Shown here piece after piece: positions 9,734-19,636 of a DNA stretch of 64,000 bases; the first letter of the stretch is position 1; every line of letters begins with the position of its first letter. The stretch covers positions 17,289-81,288 of the forward strand of contig JAWKXE010000018.1 in assembly GCA_041397165.1 (NCBI GenBank). The letters are read 5' to 3'. The notes under the pieces were generated by a model that saw only the letters and a list, made by a program, of their open reading frames with translations, ran no database searches and was not told the DNA's origin. The DNA is from Paracoccaceae bacterium (lineage in GTDB: Bacteria > Pseudomonadota > Alphaproteobacteria > Rhodobacterales > Rhodobacteraceae). Made by a program: the position numbers and the translations under genes.

Positions 9734-10644
9734 CGCCGGTTTCGGGCAGACGCACGCGCAGCCGCTTGATCCGGCGCGGGTCGGCGTCGATCACCTCGAA
9801 TTCGGGGCCGTCGGGGTGCTTCACCACCTCGCCGCGCACCGGCACCCGGCCCGACAGCATGAAGACCAGCCCGCCCAGCGTGTCGATCTCCTCCTCGTCG
9901 ACATCCTCGTGCCGGGTCAGCGACCGGCCGATGGCGGCCTCGAATTCATCCAGCGGGGTCTTGGCCTGGGCCAGCCAGCTGCCGTCCTTGGTCTGGGTGA
10001 AAAGGTCGGCCTCGTCCTGGTCGTGCTCGTCCTCGATCTCGCCGATGACCTGTTCGATCAGGTCCTCGATGGTGACCAGCCCGTCGACCCCGCCATATTC
10101 GTCGATCACCAGCGCCAGGTGACGGCGCTCGGCCATCTTCGACAAGAGCACGCCGATCATCGACGGCGGCACGTAAAGCAGCGGCCGCAGCATCTTCTTC
10201 AGCGCAAAGGCCTTCCGGGTACGCCGTTGAAGCCATGTGCAACGCGAAATCATCCAGGTGGGCCATGCCCAGCGGCGTATCCAGCGTGTCCTGATAGACC
10301 AGGATCCGGGTCAGCCCGCTGTCGCGGAACACACAGACCAGCTCGTCGCGGGTGATGGTCGCAGGGACGATCTCGGCCTTGGGGATCATCACGTCCTCGA
10401 CCGTCAGGCGGCGCAGGTTGACGATGCCGGGGAGTATCGCTTGGGTCGGGGCCAGGGCACCGGGCGCGTCCGCCTCGTCCGTCTCGGACGGGCTGAGCGC
10501 CCCGAAGATGCGGCGGAAGAAGCCGCCGCGTTCGGCCGCGTCCACGCTGGCCGTTTCACTGGAACTTTCGTCGGGTGTGTCACCCGTGCCTGTCTGCGCG
10601 CCGTGCGCCGCGCCAGACGAGCCGTCGATTGCGTCGCCCATCAT
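9726..10644 (-). pseudogene. corC: CorC/TlyC-family CBS-domain protein (magnesium/cobalt efflux-associated), one frameshift near 10200-10240
   Basis: LRRLTVEDVMIPKAEI (CBS), then after the frame change LLYVPPSM, HLALVIDEYGGVDGLVTIEDLIEQVIGEIEDEHD and a CorC_HlyC-type C-terminus. Confidence 0.8.
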
Positions 10645-10668
10645 CCCTTTCCGCGGGGGTCTGCCCCG

Positions 10669-11169
10669 TTACGCCTCCCTATATGGGTCAGCGAGGCCCA
10701 GTTTGCCAAGTATCGCGGTTTCCAACCCCTCCATGAGAGTGGCGTCGAGGTCACGCTGATGATCGTAGCCCAGAAGATGCAAGGTTCCGTGAACGATCAG
10801 ATGGGTGGCGTGATCGGCCAGCGGCAGGCCGCGCTCGGCCGCCTCGCGGGCGCAGGTGTCGAAGGCGATGGCGATGTCGCCCAGTTCCGGGTCGTCGCCG
10901 TCGTCCGGGGGCAGGGGGGCGCTGCCGTCCGCCTCGGCGCCGCGTTCCTCGGAGGGCCAGCTCAGCACGTTGGTGGGCTGCGGCTTGCCGCGGAAATCGG
11001 CGTTGAGCGTGGCGATGCGGGCGTCGTCGCAGGCCAGCAGCGCGATCTCGAACCCGCCGGTGTCGAGCCCGAGATGCGCCAGCACCGCCGCGGCGGCGCG
11101 TTCGGCCAGCGCGGGCAGCTCTGCCGCGTCCCAGCGCGGGTCTTCGATGATCGGATCGACGATGCTCAT
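10669..11169 (-). CDS. ybeY: rRNA maturation RNase YbeY
   Basis: ATG at 11169 (MSIVDPIIEDPRW). The metal-binding motif HGTLHLLGYDH is present. Confidence 0.9.
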   Translation of the reverse strand: MSIVDPIIEDPRWDAAELPALAERAAAAVLAHLGLDTGGFEIALLACDDARIATLNADFRGKPQPTNVLSWPSEERGAEADGSAPLPPDDGDDPELGDIAIAFDTCAREAAERGLPLADHATHLIVHGTLHLLGYDHQRDLDATLMEGLETAILGKLGLADPYREA

Positions 11170-11299
11170 GCCGCCTCTTACCGCCGATCCGGGGAAAGGG
11201 ACAGGGGGCAAGACGGGGGGCAAGACGGGGGGCGGCGGGCTTGACGCAGGCCGTGCCACGGCCTAACCGACAGGAAAGCTCGGAAACAGGGGGCGACGG

Positions 11300-12121
11300 A
11301 TGACCCAGCACGATGCGAAACCCGGGCGGCGGATCGCCCCGCGCAAATGGGCGATGGCGGCCTTGACCGGACTGGCGGTGGTGCCGCAGCCGGCGCTGCT
11401 GAGCGGCGCGGCGCTGGGCGCGCTTGCCGGCGCGGGCCGCGCCGATCAGGCGGCCGAGGCGGGCGAAGCCGGCGAGGCCGCGGTCGAGCGCAGCGAGGAT
11501 GGGCCGGCGGCCTTCCTGACCGGCCTCGGCTATTTCGAGGGCACCTACCGGATCGCGGCGGCGCTCTATCTCGGTGGCCAGCGCGATCTGGCGCGCGCCC
11601 ATCTCGACGAGTCGCACCATGCCTTCTACGAGGATATCGAAGGTCAGCTCGACGCGCTCCATGCGCCGGGCTTCGAGGCCGAGGCGGGCGCCTTCCTGCA
11701 GGCCATCGCCGAGGATGCCGACGATGCCACGGTCAAGGCGCGCTATGATGCGCTGATGGCGGCGGTGGGGCTGGCGGCGCAGGCGGCGGAGGCCTCGGGC
11801 TATGACCGGCTGCTGTCGATCCGCGAGCTGATGCTGCTGGCGGCGGCGGAATACGAAGGCGGGGTCGAGGCGGACGGCCAGATCGGCATGGCCATCGAAT
11901 ATCGCGACAGCTGGGGCTTCTATGCCACCGCCCGGGCGCGGGCCGAGGCGCTGGCGGCGGGCGATGGCGCGCTGGCCGAGGCCGGGCGCGCGGTGCTCGA
12001 ACAGCTCGACGGGCTCGACGCGCTCTATCCCGGGCTGACGGCCAGCGCGGCCTCGGCCGATCCGGCGCAGCTGACCGTCGCGGCCGGCTGGATCGAGATC
12101 ATCGCGCTGCGGCAGAAGTAA
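11300..12121 (+). CDS. exported all-helical hypothetical protein
   Basis: 273 aa with a signal-like N-terminus (RRIAPRKWAMAALTGLAVVPQPALLSGAALGALAGAG) and an Ala/Glu-rich helical body. It ends 6 nt before piuC. No family recognised. Confidence 0.6.
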   Translation: MTQHDAKPGRRIAPRKWAMAALTGLAVVPQPALLSGAALGALAGAGRADQAAEAGEAGEAAVERSEDGPAAFLTGLGYFEGTYRIAAALYLGGQRDLARAHLDESHHAFYEDIEGQLDALHAPGFEAEAGAFLQAIAEDADDATVKARYDALMAAVGLAAQAAEASGYDRLLSIRELMLLAAAEYEGGVEADGQIGMAIEYRDSWGFYATARARAEALAAGDGALAEAGRAVLEQLDGLDALYPGLTASAASADPAQLTVAAGWIEIIALRQK

Positions 12122-12127
12122 CCGCCG

Positions 12128-12781
12128 ATGCCCATCGTCCTGAGCGATCTCTTCAGCGCGGCCGAGACCCGGGTGCTGTTCGAGGCGGCGCAGGCGCTGG
12201 ATTTCGAGGATGGCGGCCGCACGGCGGGGCGGCTGGCGGGGGCGGTGAAACGCAATCTCCAGGCCGCGCCGGGGCCGGCGCGCGCGGCGGTGCTGGACAA
12301 GGTCAAGGCGTCGCTTCTGGCCCATCCGCTGTTTCAGGCGGTGGTCTATCCCAAGGGCTTCGCCGGCATGGTCCTGTCGCGCACCGAGGGCGGCGGTGAA
12401 TACGGGGCACATATCGACAACGCCCTGATGCCCGGCGGGCGCGCGGATCTGTCCTTCACGATTTTCCTTTCCCCGCCCGAGGCTTACCAGGGCGGCGCCC
12501 TGTGCATCTCGGACCGGGTCGAGGAACGCCAGTTCAAGCTGGGGCCGGGCGAGGCGGTGGTCTATCCCGCCGACACGCTGCACCGGGTCGCGCCGGTGAC
12601 GGCGGGCGCGCGGCTGGTCATTGCCGGCTGGGCGACCTCCTGGGTCCGCGACCCGCGCCAGCGCGAGATCCTGTTCGACCTCTGGCAGGCCCATGCCCGG
12701 GCCGAGGCGGCGGGCGATGGCGATCAGGCGCGGCTGCTGTCGAAGGCGCGGTCGAACCTGCTGAGGATCTGGGCAATCTGA
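12128..12781 (+). CDS. piuC: Fe(II)/2-oxoglutarate-dependent hydroxylase, PiuC/YbiX-like
   Basis: 217 aa with YGAHIDNAL (HxD) and ADTLHRVAPVTAGARLV (distal His, Arg), in the PKHD-type hydroxylase layout. Confidence 0.75.
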   Translation: MPIVLSDLFSAAETRVLFEAAQALDFEDGGRTAGRLAGAVKRNLQAAPGPARAAVLDKVKASLLAHPLFQAVVYPKGFAGMVLSRTEGGGEYGAHIDNALMPGGRADLSFTIFLSPPEAYQGGALCISDRVEERQFKLGPGEAVVYPADTLHRVAPVTAGARLVIAGWATSWVRDPRQREILFDLWQAHARAEAAGDGDQARLLSKARSNLLRIWAI

Positions 12782-12797
12782 TCTGCGGATCGCACGG

Positions 12798-12824
12798 GTG
12801 CCGGGCTGAAGCCCGGCCTACGGG
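12798..12824. repeat. REP-like hairpin, family 2 (stem-TGAA-stem-CCTACGG)
   Basis: gccgggcTGAAgcccggCCTACGG, lying between convergent genes. Related copies are at 33421, 41172 and 62554. Confidence 0.6.
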
Positions 12825-12842
12825 TCGCGCGCGCGGTGATAT

Positions 12843-14781
12843 TCAAAGCACCAGGTCTTGCGGTTCGTCCTCTTCGAGGTCGTCCTCGGGCACGGCGTCT
12901 TCGATCGTGGCGGTCGCATCCAGCGCCAGCAGCGCCATCAGCGGATCGACCTGCGGCATGGGGCCGAAACTGCCGTCGGGCTGGGTCTGATAGAACAGGT
13001 CCTCGCCCAGGTTGGGGCTGCCGTCGGCGAAGCCGGTCACGCGGGTGACTTCATAGATGTGGTCCTCGTCGACGTCCCAGGCGTCGTCATAGCTGGGCTG
13101 AAACCAGTCCTGCGTCGAAATCGCGCCGGTCAGCGGGTCGATGGTGAACAGCTGCGCATCGGGGCCGATCAGGCTGTAGATCGCATCGCCCGTGCCGGGA
13201 TCGGCCGGGCCCGGGTCGACCGTTCCGGGATCGCTGCCCCCCGGATCGCTGGCCCCCGGATCGGTCGGGTCGCTGCCATCGGGGGCCTGATCCAGCTGGG
13301 TCAGCTCGCCCTCGGCCACGGTGTCGAACCAGATCGGCTGTTCCACCGGGGCGCTGCCGTCCGAAGGGGTGGCGACGAGGGTAACCTCATAGACGTGATC
13401 CTCGTCCTGGTCCCAGGCATCGTCGAGCGAGGGCGTGAACCAGTCCTGCGGCGCGATGGCGCCGGTGGCGGGATCGACGGTGAACAGCTGCGCATCGGGG
13501 CCGGTCAGGCTGTAGACCGTGCCGTCGGGCCGGGGTCCGAAGTACCGGGGTCGGCGGTATCTGGATCGGCGGGGTCGTGCCCGGGTCCGCCGTGTCTGGA
13601 TCGGTCGTTCCTGGGTCCGCCGCGTCTGGGTCGGTGGCACCCGGATCGCTGCCGTCGCTGCCGTCGGGGGCGTGATCCAGCTGGGTCAGTTCGCCCTCGG
13701 CAAGGGTGTCGAACCAGAAATCCTGCTCGACCGCCGGGCCGCCATCGCCGGGCGTGGCGACCAGCGTGACCTCGTAGACATAATCCTCGTTCTGGTCCCA
13801 GGCGTCGTCGAGCGACGGCGTGAACCAGTCCTGCGGCGAGATCGCGCCGGTGGCCGCGTTGACCGTGAACAGGAACGCATCGGGCCCGTTCAGGCTGTAG
13901 ACGAAGGCGCCCGCCGGGCCCAGCGGATCGGACGGGCCCAGCGGATCGCTCGGGTCCGTCGGATCGGTCGGGTCGCCGGTCGTGTCGACGGTGAACTCTT
14001 CGGCCACATATTGCCGTTCGGTCCAGTCGACATAGACCTGCGCTAGCTGGCCGTTTTCGTCCCAGGTCGCCATGTCGTGCTCGGCATAGGCCTGCATGAT
14101 CTCGAGCGACCGCGCCGCGTCCTCGGGGGACAGGTTCGGCGCCAGGGCGCCCGACTGATACTGGACGTAATGCGTCACGTCGTAGCTGTCGGCGCTGTAA
14201 CCCGCCATCGCCTCTTCGGCGAAGATCGTGGTGTGGACGTGATCGGTATGTTCGCCCGCGACATAGCTGCCATCGCTGACCTGAAGGCGGAATTCCTCGG
14301 GGTCATGCGCCTCGATCAGCGCGTTCAGCACCTCGACCAGGTCAGCGCGGGTATAGCTGTTGGCGCCGTCGACCGAGGTCAGGCTGGCCAGATCGCCGCT
14401 TTCCAGCCGGGCCAGCTGTTCCTCCTCGCCCGGGGCAAGCATCCCGCCGCCATCGGGCAGGCGCAGGAAATAGAGCCGGATTTCCGGCGACTCGGCGATA
14501 TAGGAACTGGCGATGTCGAAGCTTTGACCGTCGACCTCGACCGTCACCGTCTCGTCCACCCAGGTGCCGCCGCCGGCCATGTTCAGATAGGCCGCGCGGG
14601 CGCCATCCTCGCGGGCGCTCCAATACTCCTCGTCCAGGCCGGAATCGCCGGCGGTGACATAGATCGTGGTGTTGACCTCGCCGGCCTCGATACTGTGCAG
14701 GATATCGGGATTCATGAACAGGATATCGTCGTCCTGATGGGCAACGATGGTCATCGCGCCGCCGGTGGAAATAATCGGCAT
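12843..14781 (-). pseudogene. PIG-L/LmbE-family deacetylase domain fused to three cadherin-like repeats and an acidic C-terminus; 2 frame changes in a DP-rich linker (~13540-13600)
   Basis: The N-terminus MTIVAHQDDDILFMNPD plus HTDHVHT is the LmbE/PIG-L zinc-site pattern. Three modules of the form YSL-GPDAxLFT-TGAI-QDWF-PS-DDAWD-D-YEVT follow. The C-terminus is EDAVPEDDLEEDEPQDLVL. ORFs 13387..14781 and 12843..13640 are two pieces of one gene. Confidence 0.7.
12990..13905 (-). repeat. three tandem coding repeats, spaced 385 and 336 bp (cadherin-like modules)
   Basis: The caggctgtaga motif (rc of the ...Y-S-L codons) recurs at 13891-13905, 13506-13520 and 13170-13184, each followed by near-identical sequence. 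Confidence 0.8.
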
Positions 14782-14939
14782 GGGGGCCCCCGAACTGAAT
14801 GTCAGATTTGAAATCGTGAACCGACAGCGCGGAAATTCGCTGCGCTGCTACCTGCAAGAGAGTAGCAGAAAACCGCCGATCCGCCGTTTCTTAATTCGAA
14901 ACAGTGTGTTCGCAGGAGGGAGGGCGGAGCAGGGGCGGT

Positions 14940-15953
14940 TCAGGCCGTGTCGGCGTCATAGGCCTCGATGATCGCCGCGACCAGCGGGTGGCGCACCACG
15001 TCCTTGGCGGTGAAGTAATTGAAGCTGATGCCGTCGATATGCGACAGCAGCCGCTCGGCATCGGCCAGCCCCGAGGCGACGCCGCGCGGCAGGTCGACCT
15101 GGCTGCGGTCGCCGGTGATGACCATGCGCGAGCCTTCGCCGAGACGGGTGAGGAACATCTTCATCTGCATGGTGGTGGCGTTCTGCGCCTCGTCCAGCAC
15201 CACGAAGGCATTGGCCAGCGTGCGGCCGCGCATGAAGGCCAGCGGCGCGATCTCGATCCGCTTTTCCTCGATCATCTTGGCCAGCTGCTTGCCGGGCAGG
15301 AAATCGTTCAGCGCGTCATAGAGCGGCTGCATGTAGGGATCGACCTTTTCCTTCATGTCGCCGGGCAGATAGCCCAGCTTCTCGCCCGCCTCGACGGCCG
15401 GGCGGCTGAGGATGATGCGGTCGACATGGCCCTCGATATAGAGGTTCACGCCCACGGCCACGGCCAGATAGGTCTTGCCGGTGCCGGCCGGGCCGATGCC
15501 GAAACACAGCTCGTTCTCGAACAGCGACCGGACATAGGATTTCTGCGCCTCGGTGCGCGGCTCGACCGTCTTCTTGCGGGTGCGGATCTCGACCCGGCCG
15601 GCGCGGAACATTTCCAGCTGTTCGCCGTCGTTGCCCGGGGTGGTGTCCATCCTGAGCTCGCGGTCGACATCGCCCGGCGCCACGGCGCGGCCGGTTTCCA
15701 GCCGTTCATAGAGCGCGTGCAGCACGTTCACCGCCTCGCCGGCCGAAAGCGCGTCGCCGAACACGACCAGCTGATTGCCGCGACGCAGGATCTGCACGCC
15801 CAGCTTCTGTTCGATATCGGAAAGGTTGCGGTCGTATTCGCCACACAGTTCGATCAGCAGGCGGTTGTCGGGAAACTCGACCAGGTGCTCGGTCAGCGCA
15901 TCGGGATCGGCAGGGGCGGCGGATTGCGGTGGGGGCAGCACGTTGGTGACCAC
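14940..15953 (-). CDS. phoH: PhoH-like ATPase
   Basis: 337 aa with Walker A GPAGTGKTYLAV, VLDEAQN and ITGDRSQVDLP. Confidence 0.9.
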   Translation of the reverse strand: MVTNVLPPPQSAAPADPDALTEHLVEFPDNRLLIELCGEYDRNLSDIEQKLGVQILRRGNQLVVFGDALSAGEAVNVLHALYERLETGRAVAPGDVDRELRMDTTPGNDGEQLEMFRAGRVEIRTRKKTVEPRTEAQKSYVRSLFENELCFGIGPAGTGKTYLAVAVGVNLYIEGHVDRIILSRPAVEAGEKLGYLPGDMKEKVDPYMQPLYDALNDFLPGKQLAKMIEEKRIEIAPLAFMRGRTLANAFVVLDEAQNATTMQMKMFLTRLGEGSRMVITGDRSQVDLPRGVASGLADAERLLSHIDGISFNYFTAKDVVRHPLVAAIIEAYDADTA

Positions 15954-16044
15954 TCAACTCTCCATCTGGTGGGTCTGGCTTGAATGCTGCCAAGATGTGG
16001 GGCGCAGTGCAACCCGGCTGATTAAAATGTCATCGGAATGAGAC

Positions 16045-16074
16045 GAAAAAACCGCGGAGGGGGTCCCTCCGCGG
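16045..16074 (-). terminator. rho-independent terminator after the lipoprotein gene
   Basis: The minus strand reads ccgcggaggg-acc-ccctccgcgg followed by a T7 run. Confidence 0.6.
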
Positions 16075-16100
16075 CGATATTTCAGGCAGTCGGCCAAGGC

Positions 16101-16430
16101 TCAGAGCGGATCGCCGATGATGCTGGTCGAGCCACCCTTGAAATCGCCGGTGGCCACGTTCGGCGGCGCCACGCCCGAGCAGACCGGCTTGCCGTATTTG
16201 TCCAGACGCGCGGACAGATAGCCCTCGACGCCATCGTCGATGATCCAGTGATCGCAGCCGTTGGGATCGACCCAGATGCCGGCCTTGAGCTGGCTCAGGT
16301 GTTTCTTGTCGATGCCACGGTCATAGGTCTTGTCGGCGCCGACGGGCCCATGTTCCAGAAGCAGCGCCTCGCCGCAGCCCGAAACCGAGCCGGCCAAGGC
16401 GATCGCCACAATTGCGTTTGCAAGTTTCAT
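16101..16430 (-). CDS. lipoprotein with a conserved Cys-containing domain
   Basis: ATG at 16430 gives MKLANAIVAIALAGSVSGC (lipobox). The domain IWVDPNGCDHWIIDDGVEGY...GKPVC is shared with the next gene. Confidence 0.7.
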   Translation of the reverse strand: MKLANAIVAIALAGSVSGCGEALLLEHGPVGADKTYDRGIDKKHLSQLKAGIWVDPNGCDHWIIDDGVEGYLSARLDKYGKPVCSGVAPPNVATGDFKGGSTSIIGDPL

Positions 16431-16446
16431 GTCTTTCGGCCCCCGG

Positions 16447-17031
16447 TTACTGAATGCAGATGATTTCGACGCGGCGGTTCTTGGCCATGCCGGCCGCCGA
16501 GTTGTTCGGAGCCGCCGGCATCCGTTCGCCATAGCCGCGGACATCGACGATGCGGGCGCCGACGCCCTGGGCGACGCGCGCGACCGAATTGGCGCGGCGC
16601 AGCGACAGGCCGAGGTTGTATTCATCCGAGGCGCGGCTGTCGGTATGGCCGGCGATGATGAAGGCGCGGGCCGACGACTGTTGGAAGAACTGCTGCAGCT
16701 TGGCCTTGCCGGCGCTGTTGATCTTGCTCGAGTCGGTGGCGAAATACTGGTCGGAATACATCACGCCGCAGACGTTCTGCGGCCGGCAGACCGGCATCCC
16801 CTGACGGGTCAGGTGGTTGTCCATATAGCCTTCGACGCCGTCGTCCATGACCCAATGCTCGCAGCCATCGGGATCGACCCAGATGGTGGGCACATATTCT
16901 TCGCCCTTGATGACCCGTTGCTTGCCGCCGGCCTGGGCGTCAGCCGCCCCGGTCGACAAAATGACACCCAGAGCCGCGGCAGCCAGGCCACAGACGAGCG
17001 CATTCACTGTTTTCGAAATCGTTTTCGCCAC
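16447..17031 (-). CDS. OmpA-family protein carrying the same N-terminal Cys-containing domain
   Basis: GTG at 17031 with a GGGA RBS and the signal peptide VAKTISKTVNALVCGLAAAALGVILSTGAADA. IWVDPDGCEHWVMDDGVEGY...GMPVC is followed by an OmpA-like C-terminus (IAGHTDSRASDEYNLGLSLRRA, NRRVEI). The start is uncertain. Confidence 0.75.
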   Translation of the reverse strand: MAKTISKTVNALVCGLAAAALGVILSTGAADAQAGGKQRVIKGEEYVPTIWVDPDGCEHWVMDDGVEGYMDNHLTRQGMPVCRPQNVCGVMYSDQYFATDSSKINSAGKAKLQQFFQQSSARAFIIAGHTDSRASDEYNLGLSLRRANSVARVAQGVGARIVDVRGYGERMPAAPNNSAAGMAKNRRVEIICIQ

Positions 17032-17291
17032 AGCTTCTGTCCCTTGATAAGTTTCCCCCACCAAGCCGCAAAAAGGCGAATCCGTAAAAAACGGGCGCCC
17101 CCGCGACCCAGACATGATTGTGGCGTTACTCTAGCACCTTTGCCCGGCATGTGAAGGAGAATTCACCAGATATTGTGGCCCATGCGGAAACAATGGCGAT
17201 TTCTGGCGAAGGATGCCCGGATCGCCGCCGCGGCGCCCGCCCGGGGCCAAGAATAACCGGTGTTTTCCGTCCCTTGGCGGGCCGTTCCGGG

Positions 17292-18611
17292 TCAGATCAG
17301 GACCCCGCCCAGGGAATTGGCGCCGCTTTCGGTGATTCTCACCTGCCGCAGTTCTCCCACCCCGGCGGGACAATCGTCGACATGGACGGCGTGCAGGTGA
17401 TCGGACTTGCCCACCATCTGACCGGGTCGGCGGCCGGGTTTCTCGAACAGCACGCCCACGGTCTGCCCGACCATCGCATCCTGCCGCGCCCGCTGTTGCC
17501 GGGTGATCAGCGCCTGAAGCTCCTGCAGGCGGGCATCGGCCACGGCCTCGGGCACCTGGGCGCGCTCGGCCGCCGGCGTGCCGGGGCGGGGCGAATACTT
17601 GAACGAAAACGCCTGGCCATAGCCGACCCGCTCGATCAGATCCATCGTGTCGGCGAAATCGGCGTCGGTCTCTTCCGGGAAACCGACGATGAAATCGCCC
17701 GAGATCAGGATGTCGGGCCGCGCCGCGCGGATCCGGTCGATCAGGCGGAAGTAACTGTCGCGGTCATGGCTGCGGTTCATCCGCTTCAGGATCCGGTTGC
17801 TGCCCGACTGCACCGGCAGATGCAGATAGGGCATCAGCTTGGCGCAGTCGCCATGCGCCGCGATCAGATCGTCGCTCATGTCGTTGGGGTGGCTGGTGGT
17901 GAAGCGGATGCGCTCCAGCCCGTCGATCTCGCTCAGCGCCCGGATCAGCCGCGCCAGGCTGTAATCGCCATCCGCGCCGGCACCGTGATAGGCATTCACG
18001 TTCTGCCCCAGGAGGGTGATCTCGCGCACGCCGCGCTCGACCAGATCGCGCGCCTCGCTCAGGATGCGCGCCGCCGGCCGGCTGACCTCGGCGCCACGGG
18101 TATAGGGCACGACGCAGAAGGCGCAGAACTTGTCGCAGCCCTCCTGCACGGTCAGGAAGGCGGTCGGCCCGCGCTTCGCCTTGGGCCGGGTCTTCAGCAC
18201 CTCGAACTTGTCTTCCTCGGGCATCTCGGTGTCGAGCACCTTCGCGCCGGCTTGCGCGCGGGCCTCCATTTCGGGCAGGCGGTGATAGGCCTGCGGGCCG
18301 ACGACCAGATCGACCAGCGGCTGGCGGCGCATGATCTCTTCGCCCTCGGCCTGGGCGACGCAGCCGGCGACGCCGATCTTCAGCCCGGGATTCGCCGCCT
18401 TCAGCGCCTTGAAACGGCCCAGCTCGGAATAGACCTTCTCGGCCGCCTTCTCGCGGATGTGGCAGGTGTTCAAGAGAATCATGTCGGCCTGATCGGGGCT
18501 TTGCACCTCGACATAGCCCGACCCGCCCAGCGCCTCGGCCATGCGTTCGCTGTCATAGACGTTCATCTGGCAGCCATAGGTCTTGATGAAAAGCTTCTTC
18601 GGGTCGGCCAT
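17292..18611 (-). CDS. miaB: tRNA-i6A37 methylthiotransferase
   Basis: 439 aa with [11 protein letters not shown], the radical-SAM motif [15 protein letters not shown] and a TRAM domain at the C-terminus. Confidence 0.95.
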   Translation of the reverse strand: MADPKKLFIKTYGCQMNVYDSERMAEALGGSGYVEVQSPDQADMILLNTCHIREKAAEKVYSELGRFKALKAANPGLKIGVAGCVAQAEGEEIMRRQPLVDLVVGPQAYHRLPEMEARAQAGAKVLDTEMPEEDKFEVLKTRPKAKRGPTAFLTVQEGCDKFCAFCVVPYTRGAEVSRPAARILSEARDLVERGVREITLLGQNVNAYHGAGADGDYSLARLIRALSEIDGLERIRFTTSHPNDMSDDLIAAHGDCAKLMPYLHLPVQSGSNRILKRMNRSHDRDSYFRLIDRIRAARPDILISGDFIVGFPEETDADFADTMDLIERVGYGQAFSFKYSPRPGTPAAERAQVPEAVADARLQELQALITRQQRARQDAMVGQTVGVLFEKPGRRPGQMVGKSDHLHAVHVDDCPAGVGELRQVRITESGANSLGGVLI

Positions 18612-18718
18612 GGCATCATCCTCGCGCGTCAGGCGGGTTGCTTACACAAGCGGCGAACGGCTTGCAATGCACATGGAATTAACCGATTCTGCGGCAGAAG
18701 GCACGCGAAGGGGCTTCG

Positions 18719-19588
18719 ATGCAGTATTCCGGACTGAAGGATTTCCTGGTCAGGGGCCAGGCGGCGCTGGCCAGGGGGCCGGTGGCGCTGATCTTCGCCG
18801 AGGACGAGGTCGAGCTGGACACCACGCTGCGCCATCACCAGCAGCTGGGCTTCAAATCGGTCGTGGCCTTCATGCCCGGCAGTTTCGGCCTGCCCGGCGA
18901 TCTGGTGAAATCGGTGCATCGGGTGACCTACGATCCGGTCGCCGACGGCGCGGTGCAGCGGGCGGTCGACGCGGTGATCGCGGCGGCGCCGGGGGTCTGG
19001 CTCTATTACTGCTACAACGCCGAATACCTGTTCTATCCGTTCTGCGAGACCCGCACGGTGGGCGAATTGCTGGCCTTCCATACCGAGGAACGCCGCGACG
19101 CGATGCTGACCTATGTGGTCGACCTCTATGCCGGCGATCTGTCGCGCTATGCCAACGCGGTCTCGCTCGATACCGCCTTTCTCGACAAATCGGGCTATTA
19201 CGCGCTGGCGCGGCCGGACGCGGCCAATGACAACCACCCCAAGGAGCGGCAGCTGGATTTCTTCGGCGGGCTGCGCTGGCGGTTCGAAGAGCACGTCCCG
19301 GCGCCGCGCCGCAAGATCGACCGGATCGCGCTGTTCCGCGCCAAGCCGGGGCTGAGGCTGCGCGAGGATCACACCTTCTCGGACGAGGAATACAACACCT
19401 ATGCCTGCCCCTGGCACAACAACCTGACCGCCGCCATCGCCAGTTTCCGCACCGCCAAGGCGCTGAAGCGCAATCCCGGCTCGACCTTCGATATCGACAC
19501 CTTCCGCTGGCACAATTCGGCCCCGTTCGAATGGCATTCGCGCCAGCTTCTGGACCTCGGGTTGATGGAACCCGGGCAGTGGTTCTGA
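18719..19588 (+). CDS. conserved hypothetical protein
   Basis: 289 aa with codon bias typical of the window. It is divergent from miaB. No family recognised. Confidence 0.6.
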   Translation: MQYSGLKDFLVRGQAALARGPVALIFAEDEVELDTTLRHHQQLGFKSVVAFMPGSFGLPGDLVKSVHRVTYDPVADGAVQRAVDAVIAAAPGVWLYYCYNAEYLFYPFCETRTVGELLAFHTEERRDAMLTYVVDLYAGDLSRYANAVSLDTAFLDKSGYYALARPDAANDNHPKERQLDFFGGLRWRFEEHVPAPRRKIDRIALFRAKPGLRLREDHTFSDEEYNTYACPWHNNLTAAIASFRTAKALKRNPGSTFDIDTFRWHNSAPFEWHSRQLLDLGLMEPGQWF

Positions 19589-19636
19589 TCCCGGCCTGAG
19601 CCAATCGAGTGCCTGCGGCACCCACGTTGCCTGATG

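Noticed and set aside
10751-12694. Very long ORFs on the strand opposite to recognisable genes: 10751..12694 (-, 647 aa), 6056..8044 (+, 662 aa), 33607..36171 (+, 854 aa), 51495..54821 (-, 1108 aa), and the part of 60133..62529 (-) beyond aroQ.
   Set aside because: Their translations are Arg/Gly/Pro/Ala-rich low-complexity sequence with no recognisable motifs. They mirror bona fide genes (metK, OmpA-family protein, RND pump, D-aminoacylase and others) and are the expected stop-codon-poor antisense frames of high-GC DNA.
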